Of a DNA stretch of 64,000 nt, positions 13,618-27,870 are shown in pieces. The notes under the pieces are model-generated. The model was given only the letters and a program-made list of their open reading frames with translations. It was not told the DNA's origin and searched no databases. This stretch comes from Mobula hypostoma. Taxonomy: Eukaryota. The stretch covers positions 63,428,001 to 63,492,000 of the forward strand of contig NC_086097.1 in NCBI RefSeq assembly GCF_963921235.1. Direction: 5' to 3'. The position numbers and the translations under genes are program-made. Numbering within the stretch: position 1 is the stretch's first letter; each line of letters starts with the position of its first letter.

Positions 13618-13846
13618 TGTGGTAAACCATATATATATGTTGTAACTCGGTTACCTGTCTGGACACACCCCTCTGCTGACTGCCCCTGTGGCTCCTCCCA
13701 CAGAGTCCTGTATAAAGGTGTTCGTCTTGCCCCTCCCCCTCAGTCCGGGGGCAGACACTCACTGTGGAGGTCGTATTGTACAGCGAATAAAAGCCTTTCA
13801 GTATTTTACCAAACCTCAGTCTTTTGGAGTAATTGAAGGTGCTTCA
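13618..13846 (+). repeat. Gypsy 3' LTR
   Basis: Direct repeat of 9763-9991, preceded by purine tract AAAAAAAGGAGGGGTGAA. Confidence 0.95.
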
Positions 13847-14699
13847 GTGAGGCACAAGTATTTTCAAACAGAAAGTGGTGGGTGCCTGGAATGCACTGCC
13901 CGGAGCGGTGGTAGAGTCTGACACATTACAGACTTTTAAGCGGCATTTAGAAAGGCACATGAATGTGAGGAAAATGGAAGGATATGGACATTGTGAAGGC
14001 AGGAGGGATTAGTTTAGTTAGCCATTTGATTGCTAATTTAAATAGTTCAGCCCAACAGTGTGGGCTAAAGAGCCTGGTCTTGTGTTGTACTGTTCTACGG
14101 TTTCTGTCTATGTTTTAAACCATAACATTATGCAATTACACACTCACAGTTATCAGCTATGAGACGAGACACCATGTGCAAAGTAGAAGATGGGATTCTG
14201 TTAATGATATGGCCTTGAGCACAGGAGGAATAACAGCAGAGTCTGAATTGTCGCTTCTTTTCGCTCTCTCCCCTTCTCCTCCTTCCTCCAGCAGTGCTGG
14301 TTGGCCACTGATCATTTGTCCCAGTGAAATATAATGCTACACATGTCTGGTAACAACTTGTTTCTGTAGAAGCTGTGAACCTAGGAAAAATGTCCTTCAG
14401 CACTTGTCATATCAGTCCTTTGTGTATTTTTGTAATTAGGAACAATAACAGAAGGTGCCTCAGCTGTAAGGAGTTGTACCAATGACCAGAAGAAAATAAC
14501 CAGCAACTAAATGATTAATTCTCGATTATCCCTTTAAACAATGGCTGCAGCAGACTTCTCTTGAATGTTTGTTCAGATTGATGAGGTTGTATGAGAGTCT
14601 AGACTGAAGCATTGAGCTCCCTAATGGCATCAAATCAACAGGATGACATTGGATCCACAAGCTCTGCTTAACTGAGCAGATAGATGGACAGCCCGAAAA

Positions 14700-14880
14700 C
14701 TGGTGTACTCCTGCCTCCGTTTTCATTGCACACTCCAGATGGAGAGACTCAAAGTTCCCTGTGATATTCCTGATGTTCCTCCTCCACTTTGACCTGTTGT
14801 GGGCCAGCGATTCCCACAAGTCACTGGGGCTGTTACACTTTGAGAACATCCTTGAATCACTTATTCTTTCTGCTGGGTAA
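14700..14880 (-). mobile_element. RTE-type LINE C-terminal remnant
   Basis: WESLAHNRSKWRRNI matches the RTE ORF C-terminal WE.LA.DR..WR motif. Confidence 0.55.
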
Positions 14881-17529
14881 TTGGCATTTATTTCATTGAA
14901 ATAGCATTTAGAAAAGAACTGCATGGTGCAGACTCACTTTTGTTACTGATGAGGCCTGATTGGAACGATAGAGTATACTTGTCTCTAGTACTTTAGAATC
15001 AACACGTTTTATTGCTTAATGAAGCCTTATGTGTATCACTTAAAACGCAACCCATTAGAGCATCTATGGACCAGATGAAAAGCAAATTGCAACAAATACA
15101 TCAACATCCAACACAGCTAGGATCCGTTAAATAGTCAAATCACCAACATGCTGTGCTCTAAGAAGGGAAATTAATTGTTAGCCTCTAGTACTCTAAGATC
15201 TGCCAAAAGAGACCAATTGGAACATTAATCTGATGATTGCATATAGTTAAAGAATAATTTATTTGAAGTTGAGACAAGGAAATTTGCACTGCGCAAGTTC
15301 TAATCTTGGCAGGCATTTGCAGATTTGTAAAGAGTACATATAGATGACATATTGGAAATTGATAGGACAATGGGGAATTACTGAAGATTTTGCCCTGTCG
15401 TAATGCAAATTCTCCTAATTCTACATGTCTGCAAGAGAGCCTAAGAGGCTGCAAAGTGAAGTACAGCAGTCCACTATCACTTCAGTCCTACCTCTGTATA
15501 TGCCATGCTCCATGTTTTTCTGCCAGTTCACCAACTTTTCCTTCCACCTATCATTCATTCCACTTCCCAGCACACATTCTCCAGAATGTTTGGAGATCAA
15601 TGACGAAAAGCCTCTTGGTGTGCTTCAAAGTGTAAGATCAGTTCTGCTGTTCTACTGGAGAAGATACGTTGGGCTTCGTACATAGACATAGAACATTACA
15701 GCACTCAGCACTAAAAAACTAGGTGGCTTTGGAAAATATACTTACTCAAAATATGAATTAGACATGAAGTCTTCCACAATCTATGTTTTTGCACTACATC
15801 TAGCAGCCTCAATGCTTACTGGGATTGCATCACCTCTCCACGCAAATGCATATTGAATTTATGAGCGACGTTACATTTGGTTTGCCTGAATGAACAAGGT
15901 AATATTAATATTTCAGGTTGATTTGATTCTGGGGCTCATTTATCTTTGATAATCATCTAATTATTACATTTTTCTCCATTTATTATTTTTGTGTGAACAA
16001 TCAGATGATAGTTTTTTTTGTGTGTTCACCACAAATGCATTTAATAAAGTTACATCAGCAGCTGAGTTTTATTGATCGCAAGGTATTCAATTAAATGATA
16101 TTCTAAAGACTTGACTTTATACAATGCCTTGAATGATTAAATTTCCAATTTGTTTTCCTATCATCTGGAGTAGGTAATTACTAGCCCAGGAACAGTGCAA
16201 TGTAAGGTGCTATTCAAATCATTTCATATTTTGTCTGAAGGGATAAATAAATATTTGATTTTAACAGGAAGGCTAGTTTTGAGTCTGTACCGTTATCGTC
16301 TTTGGAAAGGATGCAATAAGAATGAGCGGTAAAACCTTGGCGGAGTATGTCTGGATGCTTCCCTTTATGAAGGAAGGGCTGTTCGCAGACATCAGTTGCT
16401 CAACTGGAGTGAGTTTTTAACTCACATTTAAATTTAATAGTGCAGCTATTCAGCTTGCTGAAGATCACCAGTGAAAACAGGACTGGAAGAACGGGCTGAT
16501 TATTACTCAGTAAACATTGTAGAGTCAGGGGCTTCTTAACAATGAAAGGGAAAGTAAGCTGAGTGGCTTCTTTGGCACCATAGAGGGTTTCTGAATTACA
16601 TCGGGATGGTTGTCCTCAGATTGGATGTCAGACATGCGGCAACTTTAACAGATTTCTATAGACTGCTCTGTCATGAAAGAGCAGAGAAGAGAACAGCTGA
16701 GGAATGAGCTCTTGGGAGGCACTTTCATTACAGAGTCAACAGGCAGAAGTTGCATTTCCTTGAGACATTCATACAGAATTGATTCAAAAGCCACAGCTTT
16801 TCATACCACAGGTCTTTCAAATGGCAGTAGATATCAGCACCCTGCTAGAAGGAGATCTCCTGACTGCATTAATAAAGGTAACTAATTTCGTCTGACTTAT
16901 TCGGGGTTGAAAGCATACTTGGCTGGCAAGAGACAAGGGATAACTAAATTAGACAGCAGATGACCAAGGAAAACCTACAGTGCGTAGCCAGCTGACATGT
17001 GATCAGGAAACCTATCAACCTTCTGATCGAGTTTTTTTCAACCTAGCTAACCTGTTTCAGTTGGGTCCTCCATAATGCTACGTATAATTATATTTGGACT
17101 TGCAGGCTGAACACAGTACAGAGCTCAACGCCTTTTCTAATAATGTCAGGTGAAAAAAGAGGAGGAAATTAATAAGAACAATAAGCCACTAGCTGTTCAT
17201 TATAATCCCTTTTTTAACTCAAGGTTCACATAGATTCCCCAGTGAATTTGTCTAAAGCACATGCAGTAGCTACTTACCTACATCTCTAATGCCTTGTACA
17301 CATCACCCACCACTCCTCAATCCCTCCGACCCTGTTGGGTCTCATCAGTTCATGCCTTCTCAATCAAACAAATTCAAGGCTAAATCAGCATTATGAAAGC
17401 AAGGGTAGGTAATATGAGAAAGTGAATCAGAAAATCAAAGTTGAAATGTTGCAATGATTCTTCTCCCATCTACCCACACCAGAGGCAACTTACAATTCAC
17501 CACTTAAATTTAAATTGGAAAAATCTGTA

Positions 17530-19270
17530 AATTAATTTATTATTGGCAAATGTACAGAGGTACTGTTCATACAGGTCAATTCATCACAAAAGTGTGTTGA
17601 GATAGTACAAGGTAAAACAATAACAAAATACAGAATAAAGCGTTTCAGTTACAGAGAAAGTGCACAGCAGGTAGATAATAAGGTGCAAAGTCAGAACAAG
17701 GTAGATCATGAGGTCAAGAGTCCTACAAAAAGTCTACTAAGAGTGGTGGACAAAGTGTAGTCCATCACAGGAAAAGCTCTCCCATTACTGAGCACAGCTA
17801 CAAGGAGAGCTGCCATAAGGAAGCAACATCCATTATCAAGAACTCCACCTTCCAGGCAATGCTCTCTTCTCACTGCTGCCATGGGGAAATTGGTACAGGA
17901 GCCTTAGGTCCCACACCACCAGCTTCTGGAACAGTTAATACCCTTCAATCATAAGGCTCCTGAAACAGTGTGGATAATTTCATTCATCTCAACTCTAAAC
18001 TGATTCCACAACCTATGAGCTCACTTTCAGGGATTCTGCAACTCGTGTTCTCAGTATTATTTATTTACTTTTCTCATTTGCACAGATTGTCTTCTTTTGC
18101 ATGTGGGTAACTTGTCAGTTTGTAAGTAGCTTTTCAATGATCTTAATGTATTTCCCCATTCTACTATGAGCAACTGGCGAGAAAGTGAATCTCAAGGTAG
18201 TATATGGTAACATATACTGTCCGTACTTCGGCAATAAATTTACTTTGAAATTTAAACTTTGAATTTTGATCTTATAATACTAGAGAACCACTCAAAAAGT
18301 CTTATAATAGCACTGTAGAAGCTGTCCTTGAGCTTGGTGATACATGCTTTTAAACTTTTGTATCTTCTGCTCAATGGCAGCGGGGGGAAAGAGAGAATGT
18401 CTAGCGTGGGTGAGGTCTTTGACTATGCTGACTGCTCTTCTGAGGCAGCAACAAGTGCAGACCAAGTACATGTAGGGAAGGTTTCTCTCTTATGGTCTTA
18501 TGGTCTCTCCTGAGCAGTATCCACAGCTCTCTGCAGTTTTCTTGTACAGCAGTCACAAGTAGAGCAGTTGCCATACCAAGCCATGATGCATCAATAAAAA
18601 TTGGTGAGGGTTGAGGGTTGAAAGGGACATAAATTTCTTCAGCCTCCCAAAGACGTAGGTGAGCTCTTTTGACTGTGGCACAATGTGTCTAGAGCAGAAG
18701 AGGCAATTGTTGTTCATTCCTAGAAACCTAAAGTTCTCAACCCTCCCAAATTAAGCTCTATTGTGTAAACAGGACCATGTGTACTGATGTCTTTCTGAAG
18801 TCAACCACCAGAACTTTTGTTTTCCTGACATTGAAGGAAAGTTTGTTGGCATAACAACATGTCACTAGGACCTCTACCTCTTTTTTGTACTCCAACATAT
18901 TGTTATTTGAGATAATACCACTGGTTGGGCCACATCTGCAAATTTGAAGATGCAGTTAAGGAAGAATCTGTTCACAGAGTCCTGAACATACAAGGAGTAG
19001 AGTAAAGGGCAGAGGACACAAGTTTGTGGAGCACCAATGTTGAAGATGATCGTGGCAGAGGTGTTGCAACCTCTCGTTACTTATTATGGTCTGTTATTTT
19101 GGCAGTATAGGATCAAGTTGTAGAGAGAGAGATATTGAGTCCCAGGTCTAGGAATTTGGAGATAAGTTTGCTCAAAATTAGAGTATTGAAGGCAGAGCTG
19201 TAATCAATAACCAATGATCTAACACAGGTGTCTTTACTGTCCAGAGCTGCGAGTAGGCCAAGGAGATGTT
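17530..19270. mobile_element. nested decayed Rex1/Babar fragments (plus-strand 3' end ~17735-18265 inside a minus-strand copy)
   Basis: Similarity to the Rex1 copies at 7734-8930 and 25240-27870; Rex1 tail at 18180-18260. Confidence 0.6.
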
Positions 19271-22200
19271 ATCTGCCATGGAGTTGTTTGGCATTAGACA
19301 AATTTCACTGAGCACATGGCAGGGATGTGGAAGGATACTGGAGCTCTCGGAGGAAATACAAGTGGTCACAGGGAGAATGTGCAATTCCCACTCATTTAGT
19401 ACAAGAGGCCAAAACTGAACAGGACACAGCAACTGCAAGATAGCTGATATCCTGCAATACCACTGTGCCGATTCTGCACTAAGGACAGGAGAAGCAGAGG
19501 TGAGCAAAACAACTTAAAAAACAGAAGCAGAAACAAGCCATTTACCCCCGTATGTCTGCTCTGTCACTCACCAAAACACTGACTGACCATATATTCAATT
19601 ACATTTTCCATTGCATATCCCTAAATATTAAAAAAAACTATCAATCTATGTCTCGAGTCTACTTAGTGACTAAGATTCCACATCCATCTTGGGTGAGAAT
19701 TTCAAGATTCACCATCATCAAGGTGATGAAATTTCCCTACAACTCTATCTTGAATGGATGACCACTGTCTGTCTATCTGTTCTTTGTGTTGTGGGACCAG
19801 GCTCCAACTCTCTTATGCACCCCTTCACTAATATTGGTATTATAACTCAGACCCATTTCGCTATGCTGAGTTTTACTGTGTGCTATCAAATCAATACAGC
19901 CATTCCTAAGGCCAGCTGCTCCATCTTTCTGCATTCCTGGGCAATGCCCAGAACATGTCTCAGTGCATCATGCATCCTCTGCTGCTGCTTGATAATTATC
20001 AGTCTCAGCGAAGGCCTGCAGGCTGTAGAATTGATGTCTGCTGCAGGAAGAGGGTTGTGGCCTCTGGCGCTATTTTGTCACTGCCACCATCTACTCTTGC
20101 TCACTTGTGAAGTGATTTGCCTGGTGAAAATTCAATACTCAGCCTCTGTCTAATCTCTAATGCATGAAAATGTAAGCTGAGGTGCTGGTAAGCCTGTGAC
20201 CTGTGATGGAGCACACTCAGATCGTCTGTCCATGTCCACAGACTCGAACTACAGGATAAAAGGCCTGTCGGAGATAAAATATATCAAGTTAATAGTATCA
20301 AGGGGAGAATGTCACAATGTGCAACTATGATAATCACATTTCACCCACTGTTGAAATCAACATGACTGAGATTATATTACATGCGTAATTAACATATTAC
20401 AGTTTTGCCTTGTTTTTGGGACCTTCATTCACCTATTTTCAAAACTAGGAATGTTGATTTGCCACCACCCTCCAGAACCTTAACGTTTAGCATGAACAGA
20501 TGTAAGGTCAAAGGTGACAAATCTTCTATTCTCTCCTCTTCCTCATATTCTGTGCTTCCTTCTCATAGTACAGGGTTGCAGCAGATACGCGCGACTAATG
20601 AATTAAAATGCCTTTACCGAGAGTGACAATCTAGCTGAAGAATGAGAATGAGTCGATAAACAATCAGGTTAAATGAATATGAGGAGTAAAGTGATGGAGT
20701 TGGCTTGACAATGCAGAAGGATCAGCGACAGGTGTTCATCAGGCAACTGGAGTTAATAGGCACCTGAGATTGAATGTGAATTGGCTACTCTACAGGTATG
20801 GTTATCACATTGAAGCGCTTCTCATACTAAATCAAACATATGGCACAAAACTTATGCTGCTGACCTCTTTAGGCTTCTCCATTCCATTCTCCTTTGTGGC
20901 ACCATGAGATTTTGTCTGCCAGCTGCCACCTTGGCAAAGAGCGGTGTTGCAGCACTAGATCGAAGTTAAAGTCAAAGTACATTTATTATCAAAATATGTA
21001 TACTTTATACAACCCTGAGATTCGTCTTCTTACAAGCAGCCGCAAAACAAAGAAGCCCAACAGAACTTATTAAAACAAAAGAAGACCGTCAAACACACAA
21101 CATAGGTGGAAAAAAAGTGCAAGCAGTAAAAGTAAGCAAATAGCATTCAGAACTGAAATTGACAAAAGTGAGTTCACACTGTGTTATTGCAGAGCACAAT
21201 CACAGTTTGGTGCAGAGATTAATCAACCTTGCAGAGTCACTAATCGAAGTTCAGCGCGGAGACGAGTAAGCCTCGCGGAGCAGAGATTTCAACTGGCCCA
21301 TGTCTCGCCTCCAGCCCCGTCACCCTGGCTTTTTCAATCTGGCTGGCTCAGTGCTTAAATCGATCAAACCGCGAGTCTTTCCTCGCTCTCAGGTCCAGGT
21401 CCGGGCCACGCTGCCTCAACTCTGCATCGCCTCACCTTGGTTCTGCCGAATCGAATTGCCTTCAAGCAAGGTAACATCAAATTAGCACTGACAGCTCTTC
21501 TTCTGTTGCATAGAACTACAAGCTTTTATAAAATTGTCCCTTGGATTATTCCTTGAACTGCAAGTATTCATCATGCGGTGAAACAGCAAAAATCTACAGA
21601 CATTCTGAACTTTTTTCCTAGGTTTCTTTCACTGTTGTAAATTCTTAGCCACTTTCCAGCATATACACTCCACTTAAATTAAAGTGTAGAAAACTGTGAA
21701 GCTCCTATTTGGAACGAGCAGCTGATGCCAACTGATTTTCCTGTGCTTGCTGCCCAGCATAGAAATACAACCATGAAGAGGCCATACCAGCATCTCTCCT
21801 TTCCTTTAAGGAGATTCATTTGATATTGTAGGCTCTGACAAGCTTCTAGAGATGTATAGTGGAAAGCATTCTAACTGGATGCATCATGGCCTGGTACGGA
21901 AATTCCAAAGCAGTGGTGAACTCATCCAGTCTATCACAGGTACACCATCAAGGACATCTACAAAAGGCAATGACTCTGGAAGGTGACATCCATCATTAAG
22001 GATCCCCACCATTCAGGACGTGCCCTCTTCTTATTGCAGCCATTAGGCCCCTTGTGTCTCCACCAGCCACAAGTATCCAGCCTTCCTTGTAGAGGATGTC
22101 ATAGAATATTTTACATGCATATGAAAGAACATACAGGGTGTCACATTAACTGATCTTCAACTTTTTTGACAGTATAGCAAGCCCTCAATACTTCACTGGA

Positions 22201-23512
22201 AAATCTGTTTAAAATTTTGATACTTTCCATATCTCCTTATTACATGGAAGGAGGCTTTGGGTTTATGACAATGTTACTGAACAATCCCAATCCCAATCCC
22301 AAGAGTCACTTTGCTCCCGCTGGTTAACCTACCAGATTATGATGGAAATGAGAGTAACTGTGGTCACAGAGAAAGCATGAATCCTCCACACAGAGAGCAG
22401 TGGAGGTCAGAACTGAACTTGAGACCTAAGCCAACAACTCACTAGCTGCTCCAGTGTACTCTGAGATACAGGAGCTACAGCTAACACAATATAATAAAAA
22501 TACAATAATTTTCATGAATAAGAGCCCATCTACTATGTTTGAATTCAGGGTACAAACCTGCCAAAGATGGAAAAACTTATTGTTACAAAATTACAAGTAC
22601 TCCCACGACCTTCTTGACATCCTGCACACTTTCATTGATACCACCTTGGTCTTCAATCAGGCTGTGAATGAGAACTGGGTCACCAAAATTCCAGTTATTG
22701 TTACTGATACAATTAGCACTTATTTAGATAAGGAAAGCAACAGTTCTTCCTCCTGTCATGTACAGTATTTTGAGTTGCTATTTAACATCATGATTATTTG
22801 AGTAGATTTATGTTGTAGCTATTGGCGTGGGAATTATACAATCGATTTCAACCCCGACATCAACAGATTTATGACACTTGGGTGCATATCAAGAGCTAAA
22901 GAGAGCATTAAATTTGTAAACTTATAAACAGCAATTATAAAATAACTGTGTGCATTTATGAAGTGCACAGAACAAAAGAGTAACCCTGAAGTTACACTAG
23001 CATTGCTTAATCAATGTGTGACTTTATGAGGAAAAAATAGCATCTAACTGCATCCAAATAGGGTAAGGACAGGTTAAAATAATTGCAGCCTTGACAAATG
23101 GGCTAAAATTATACCTGTAATTCTCTAGTTAATATTCAAAATAGTATTTATTTATCTATTATAGTATTTGTTTCCAACCCAAAATAATTCAGTGTAAATG
23201 TTGTGTTTCCTTTAACTAACAGTCAAAGTCCAGCTCCTCAGACTGTAACCATGGATTAATAAGCACTGGACAAGATTTGTTGGTCAAATAAGTTTTAATG
23301 CTGATAACGCCGAGAAAAGACCCTTAAGATTACAATGTGGTAAATGGCCAAGCAGTCTCTTCAAAGAGCACCACAGATAAAATCACTGGCAAGTATAATG
23401 TTGTTAATTTTATAAAATATCTATTGATATTGTGCTTGATTGTAGCCTAGTTAAAAATCATTCACCAGATGTTTCATGAAAAATTGTCCCACAAATAATT
23501 ATTCCTTATTGG

Positions 23513-24248
23513 TGTAAGGGGCTTCTTCTTTTATGTTACTGCTAAGGCTAATAAAATGGCTTCTTTGTTACATTAGAATAAAAAGGCTTTTCTGTGATGT
23601 TAACTGCTGAGACAGTGGTTCCCTCCCTAGCAGGTTGTTTGGGTTATAATTACTGATAACAAGAATTGTATTCATTTGCTAATCAATTGGGATAGATGTT
23701 ATTCTTTCTTGTGTGTCTGTAAGCTATTGTTTTTGTGGGCTTTGGGGCAGAAGGCGCGATGGGGACAGAGAGAGGAGACGCGATGCTGTAAGCTGAGCGA
23801 CGGAACGGACCCCGTGCGGGAGTCCGAGGCCCAGGTTCTTCGGCGAGGAGAGGAGACAAGGACAGACTCGTGTGGAGCATTTGGTCAATCACCGAGGGTG
23901 CTCTCATTCGTGGGTCAGCGGAGTTCAGAGGACATCGACTGGAGGAAGGGGGACCCGGTTCTGTAAGAGCTCCAACGATGTGTGCACGAACTGGTTAATA
24001 ATAATGGTGCCTTTTTCTTTTAACAATTAAACAGTTCTTATTTTGTTCCTTTACTATCTACATAGTCAAAATATGAGTTATAAAGTGTAATCATTTAATT
24101 GCATATGGAGTACTGTCTGTTATTTGGCGGGGTGGGGTACATCACACAGCATCTACACAAACTTGATTACCCAGTATGGCAGGGCCGAAGGCTGCTCTCC
24201 CTAGACGAAAGCAAGCTGAGCGAGACTGAGGCTAACCAGGGGGCTACA
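23513..24248 (+). mobile_element. solo LTR (736 bp)
   Basis: TGTA...TACA termini; 4-bp flanks TTGG/CTGG; CpG-rich interior in an AT-rich background; strand tentative. Confidence 0.7.
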
Positions 24249-24399
24249 CTGGTTTCATCAAGCAAATAAAATAATGTTTCTGAAGTTATACAAAACTTTT
24301 AATTATGATTGGACTTTGACTCATACATATATCTTGTTATTTTTTTTTGGTTGTGAATCTGCATTGATATATTGATGCAGTCATGACGTAGGTATGCCA

Positions 24400-24890
24400 G
24401 TGGCAATACTCCAGTAGGAGATTGAGGAGATTTGGAATGTCCCCAAGGACTGTAGCAAATTTCTACAGATGTACTGGGATGCCACTCAGACTGGTAGCAT
24501 CATTGTCTGGTGTGGAGGTGTCAATGTACATGATTGTAAGAGGCTTCAACCAGCTCTGTCATGGGTACAAGCTTTGCCACGATTGGGGACATCTTTAAAA
24601 GGCAGTGCCTTAAAAGGCAGCATCCCCTCACCATCCAAGACATTCCCTCTTCTCATTACTATCATCAGGGAGGAGGCACGGGAGCCTGAAGACATTTACT
24701 CAACATTTTAAAACAGTTCCTACCCATCTGCCATCAGATTTCTAAACGGTTCATGATCACTACCTCGCTATTTCTCTTTTGCATTACGTATTTATTTATT
24801 TCATAGTAATATGCTATGCTTGCACTATTCTACTGTCACAAAATAGTGAACCTCATGACTTATGGTAGTGACAATACATCTGGTTCTTTC
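24400..24890 (+). mobile_element. Rex1/Babar 3' fragment
   Basis: RRLRRFGMSPRTVANFYRC...TGSIIVWCG and 3' UTR motifs. Confidence 0.65.
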
Positions 24891-25239
24891 TGACCAGAAT
24901 AGATAAACATCTATTTTCTCAAAGCACAGTGTCCCAGTGAATAACGTCCCAGTGAATAATATTTACTATCTACTTGTAATCCAGGGAGTGTGAAGCGCAG
25001 AATCAAATATCGCTATGATGATTGTACGTTCTAGTATCAATTGTTTGGCGGCAATAAAGTATGAAGTATAAAGTATTAAAGTAATATCAAAAATATGATG
25101 GTGGTCACAAGGCACCTATAAGTGGAAATTGTTGGTATTATGGAGTCCAAAAGGCAAGTATGGGACTTCTGAGGTCCCGGCCAGGTATAGCACAATTAGA
25201 ATGCAATTATCTCAAGTAACAATGGTTACTGCAAACGCA

Positions 25240-27870
25240 TATTCAGTCTCGTAATGTCAGTTCAATGATGGGCACATGAGATTGAGTGATGTTATCCCTT
25301 CTGGTTCAAGAGCCTGATGGTTGAAGGGTAATAACTGTTCCTGAACCTGGTAGTGTGAGTCCTGAGGCTCCTGAACCTTCATCCTGATGACAGCACAAGA
25401 AGAGAGCATGGCCTTGGTGGTAGGGGACCTTGATGATGGATGCTGCTCACTGTAGATGAGCTCAATGGTGGGTTGGGCTTTACCCGTGAAGGACTGGGCC
25501 ATATCCATTACTTTTTGTGGGATTTTCTATTCAAGGGCATTAGTGTTACTGTACCAGGTTGTGATGTAACCACACAATACACTCTCCACTATACAGCTAT
25601 GGAGGTTTGTCATAGTTTTGGATGTCATGCCAAACTTTGAAGGAGAAGAGAGTAGAGGCACTTCGTGCTTTCTTTGTAATTATACTTGCATGCTGGGCCA
25701 CAAACAAGAGAAAACCTGCAAATCCGAGCAACACACACAAAATGCTGGAGGAACTCAGCAAGCCAGGCAGCATCTATGGAAAAAATGTACAGTCGACATT
25801 TCGGGCCAAGACTCTTCAGCAGGATTGGAGAGAAAAAGGTGAGGAGTAGATTTAAAAAGTGGAGGGAGGGGAGAGAGAACCACCAGGTGAAAGGTGAAAC
25901 CAGGAGGGAGAGAGATGAAGTAAAGAGCTGGGAAGTTGAATGGTGAGATGAGGTAAAAGAGGGAAAAGGGGATGGGAAATGGAGAAGGGGGAGGGGACAG
26001 TTGGAGGGCATTACTGGAAGTTTGACAAATCAATGCTCATGCCATCAGGTTGGAAGCTACTCAAACGGAATATAAGGTGTTGTTCCTCCAACCCATGCGT
26101 GGCCTCATCACAACAGCGGAGGAAGCCATGGATGGACATATCAGAATGGGAATGGGAAGTGGAATTAAAATGGGTGGCCACTGGGAGATCCCACTTGGTC
26201 TGGCAGATGGAGCATAGATGCTCAGTGTAGCGGTCTCCCGATCTACAGGAGGCCACACCAGGAGCACCGAACACAGTAAATGACCCCAACAGACTCACAG
26301 GTGAAGTGTCGCCTCACCTGGAAGGACTGTTTAGGGCCCTGGATGGTAGTGAGAGAGGAGGTGTAGGGGCAGGTGTAGCACTTCTTCCACTGGCAAGGAT
26401 AAGTGCCAGGAGGGAGATCAGTGGGGAGGGATGAATGGACAAGGGAGTCACGTAGGGAGTGATCCCTGCGGAAAGCAGAAAGTGGGAAGGAGGGAAAAAT
26501 GTGCTTGGTGGCGGCGGAAGCTTCAGAAATTGTGTGCTGGATGCGGAGGCTGGTGGGGTGAGAGGTGAGGATAAGAGGAACCCTATCCCTGGTAGAGTGG
26601 TGGGCGGATGGGGAAAGAGCAGACAGGCATGAAATGGAAGAGATGCGATTGAGGACATCATTGATGGTGGAGAAAAGGAAACGCCGTTCTTTGAAAAAGG
26701 AGGACATCTCCTTCATTCTAGAATGAAAAGCCTCATTCTGAGAGCAGATGCAGCTGAGATGAAGGAAGTGCGAGAAGGGGATGGCATTTTTACAAGTAGC
26801 AGGGTGGGACAAGGTGTAGTCCAGGTAGCTGTAAAAGTCCATGGGTTTGTGAGAGACATCGGTGTATAAGCTATCTCTGGAAATAGAGACAGTGAGATCA
26901 AGAAAGGAAAGGGAAGTGTCAGAAACGGACCCGGTGACTTTGAGGGCAGGGTGGAAATTGGAGGCAAAGTGGATGAAGTCGACGAGTTCAGCATGGGTGC
27001 AGGAAGCAGCGCCAATGCAGTTGTCGATGTAGTGTAGGAAAAGTGTGGGATGGTCACCAGTGTAGGCTTGGAACATAGACTGCTCCACGTAGCCAACAAA
27101 CAGGCAGGCATAGCTAGGAGCTATGCGAGTGCCCATAGCTACCCCTTTTACACAATTTCTCAAACTTCCGGTAATGCTCCCCCAACCAACCCCCTCCCCC
27201 ATTTCCATTTCCCACCCCTTTCTCCCACTCTCACCTCATCTCACCAACCAACTTCTCAGCTCTTTACTTCATCCCTCCCCCTCCATGTTTCACCTATCAC
27301 CTGGTGGCTCTCTCTCCCGTCCCCCCACCTTTTAAATATACTCCTCAGCTTTTTTTCACCAGTCCTGCTGAAGATGGTTCAGCCCAAAACATCGACTGTA
27401 CTTTTTTCCCATAGATGCTGCCTGGCCTGCTGAGTTCTGCCAGCATTTTGTGTGTCTTACATGCTGGGTCAGGGCAGGTCCTCTGAAATGCTAATACTGA
27501 GGAATTTAAAGTTGCCAACCATCTCCACTTCTGATCCTCTGATGAGGACTGGCTCATGGGCCCCTGGTTTCCTCCTCCTGAAGTCAATAATCAGTTCCTT
27601 GGTCTTGCTGACATTGAGTGAGAGGCTGTTGTTGTGGCACCATTCAGCCAGATTTTCAATCTCCCTCCTATATGCTGATTCGTCACCACCTTTGATTTGT
27701 CCAATAACAGTGATATTGTCAGCAAACTTAAGCATAGCATTGGAGCTGTGCTTAGTCTCACAATCTTTAGTATAAAGCAAGTAGGGCGGGGGGGCTAAGC
27801 ATACAGCCTTGGGGAGGAGATATTGCTGCCAATCCAAAATGACTGGGGTCTGCAAGTGAGGAAATCAAAC
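25240..27870 (-). mobile_element. Rex1/Babar fragment interrupted by a Penelope element
   Basis: ORF 27469-27855 KFADNITVIGQI...LNVSKTKELIIDFRR; 3' part at 25240-25700. Confidence 0.8.
25701..27455 (-). mobile_element. Penelope-like element with an inverted copy of its 3' terminal repeat at the truncated 5' end
   Basis: GVAMGTRIAPSYACLFVG, FLHYIDN, GIY-YIG region; 27150-27455 is an inverted homologue of ~25725-26025; 16-bp TSD CTT(G/A)CATGCTGGG(C/T)CA at 25685-25700 and 27456-27471. Confidence 0.92.

Larger units (their letters stand above)
9763..13846 (+). mobile_element. Ty3/Gypsy LTR retrotransposon (Mag-like Gag), defective
   Basis: Two 229-bp TG...CA LTRs; 5-bp TSD GTGAG (9758-9762, 13847-13851); PPT 13600-13617; gag-PR-RT-RH-IN order. 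Confidence 0.96.
9713..14110 (+). mobile_element. CR1 LINE 3' fragment split by the Gypsy insertion
   Basis: RGHVLKVRG..FRDV left of 9763 continues right of 13851 as QKVVGAWNALP.AVVESDT..FKRHL. Confidence 0.75.
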
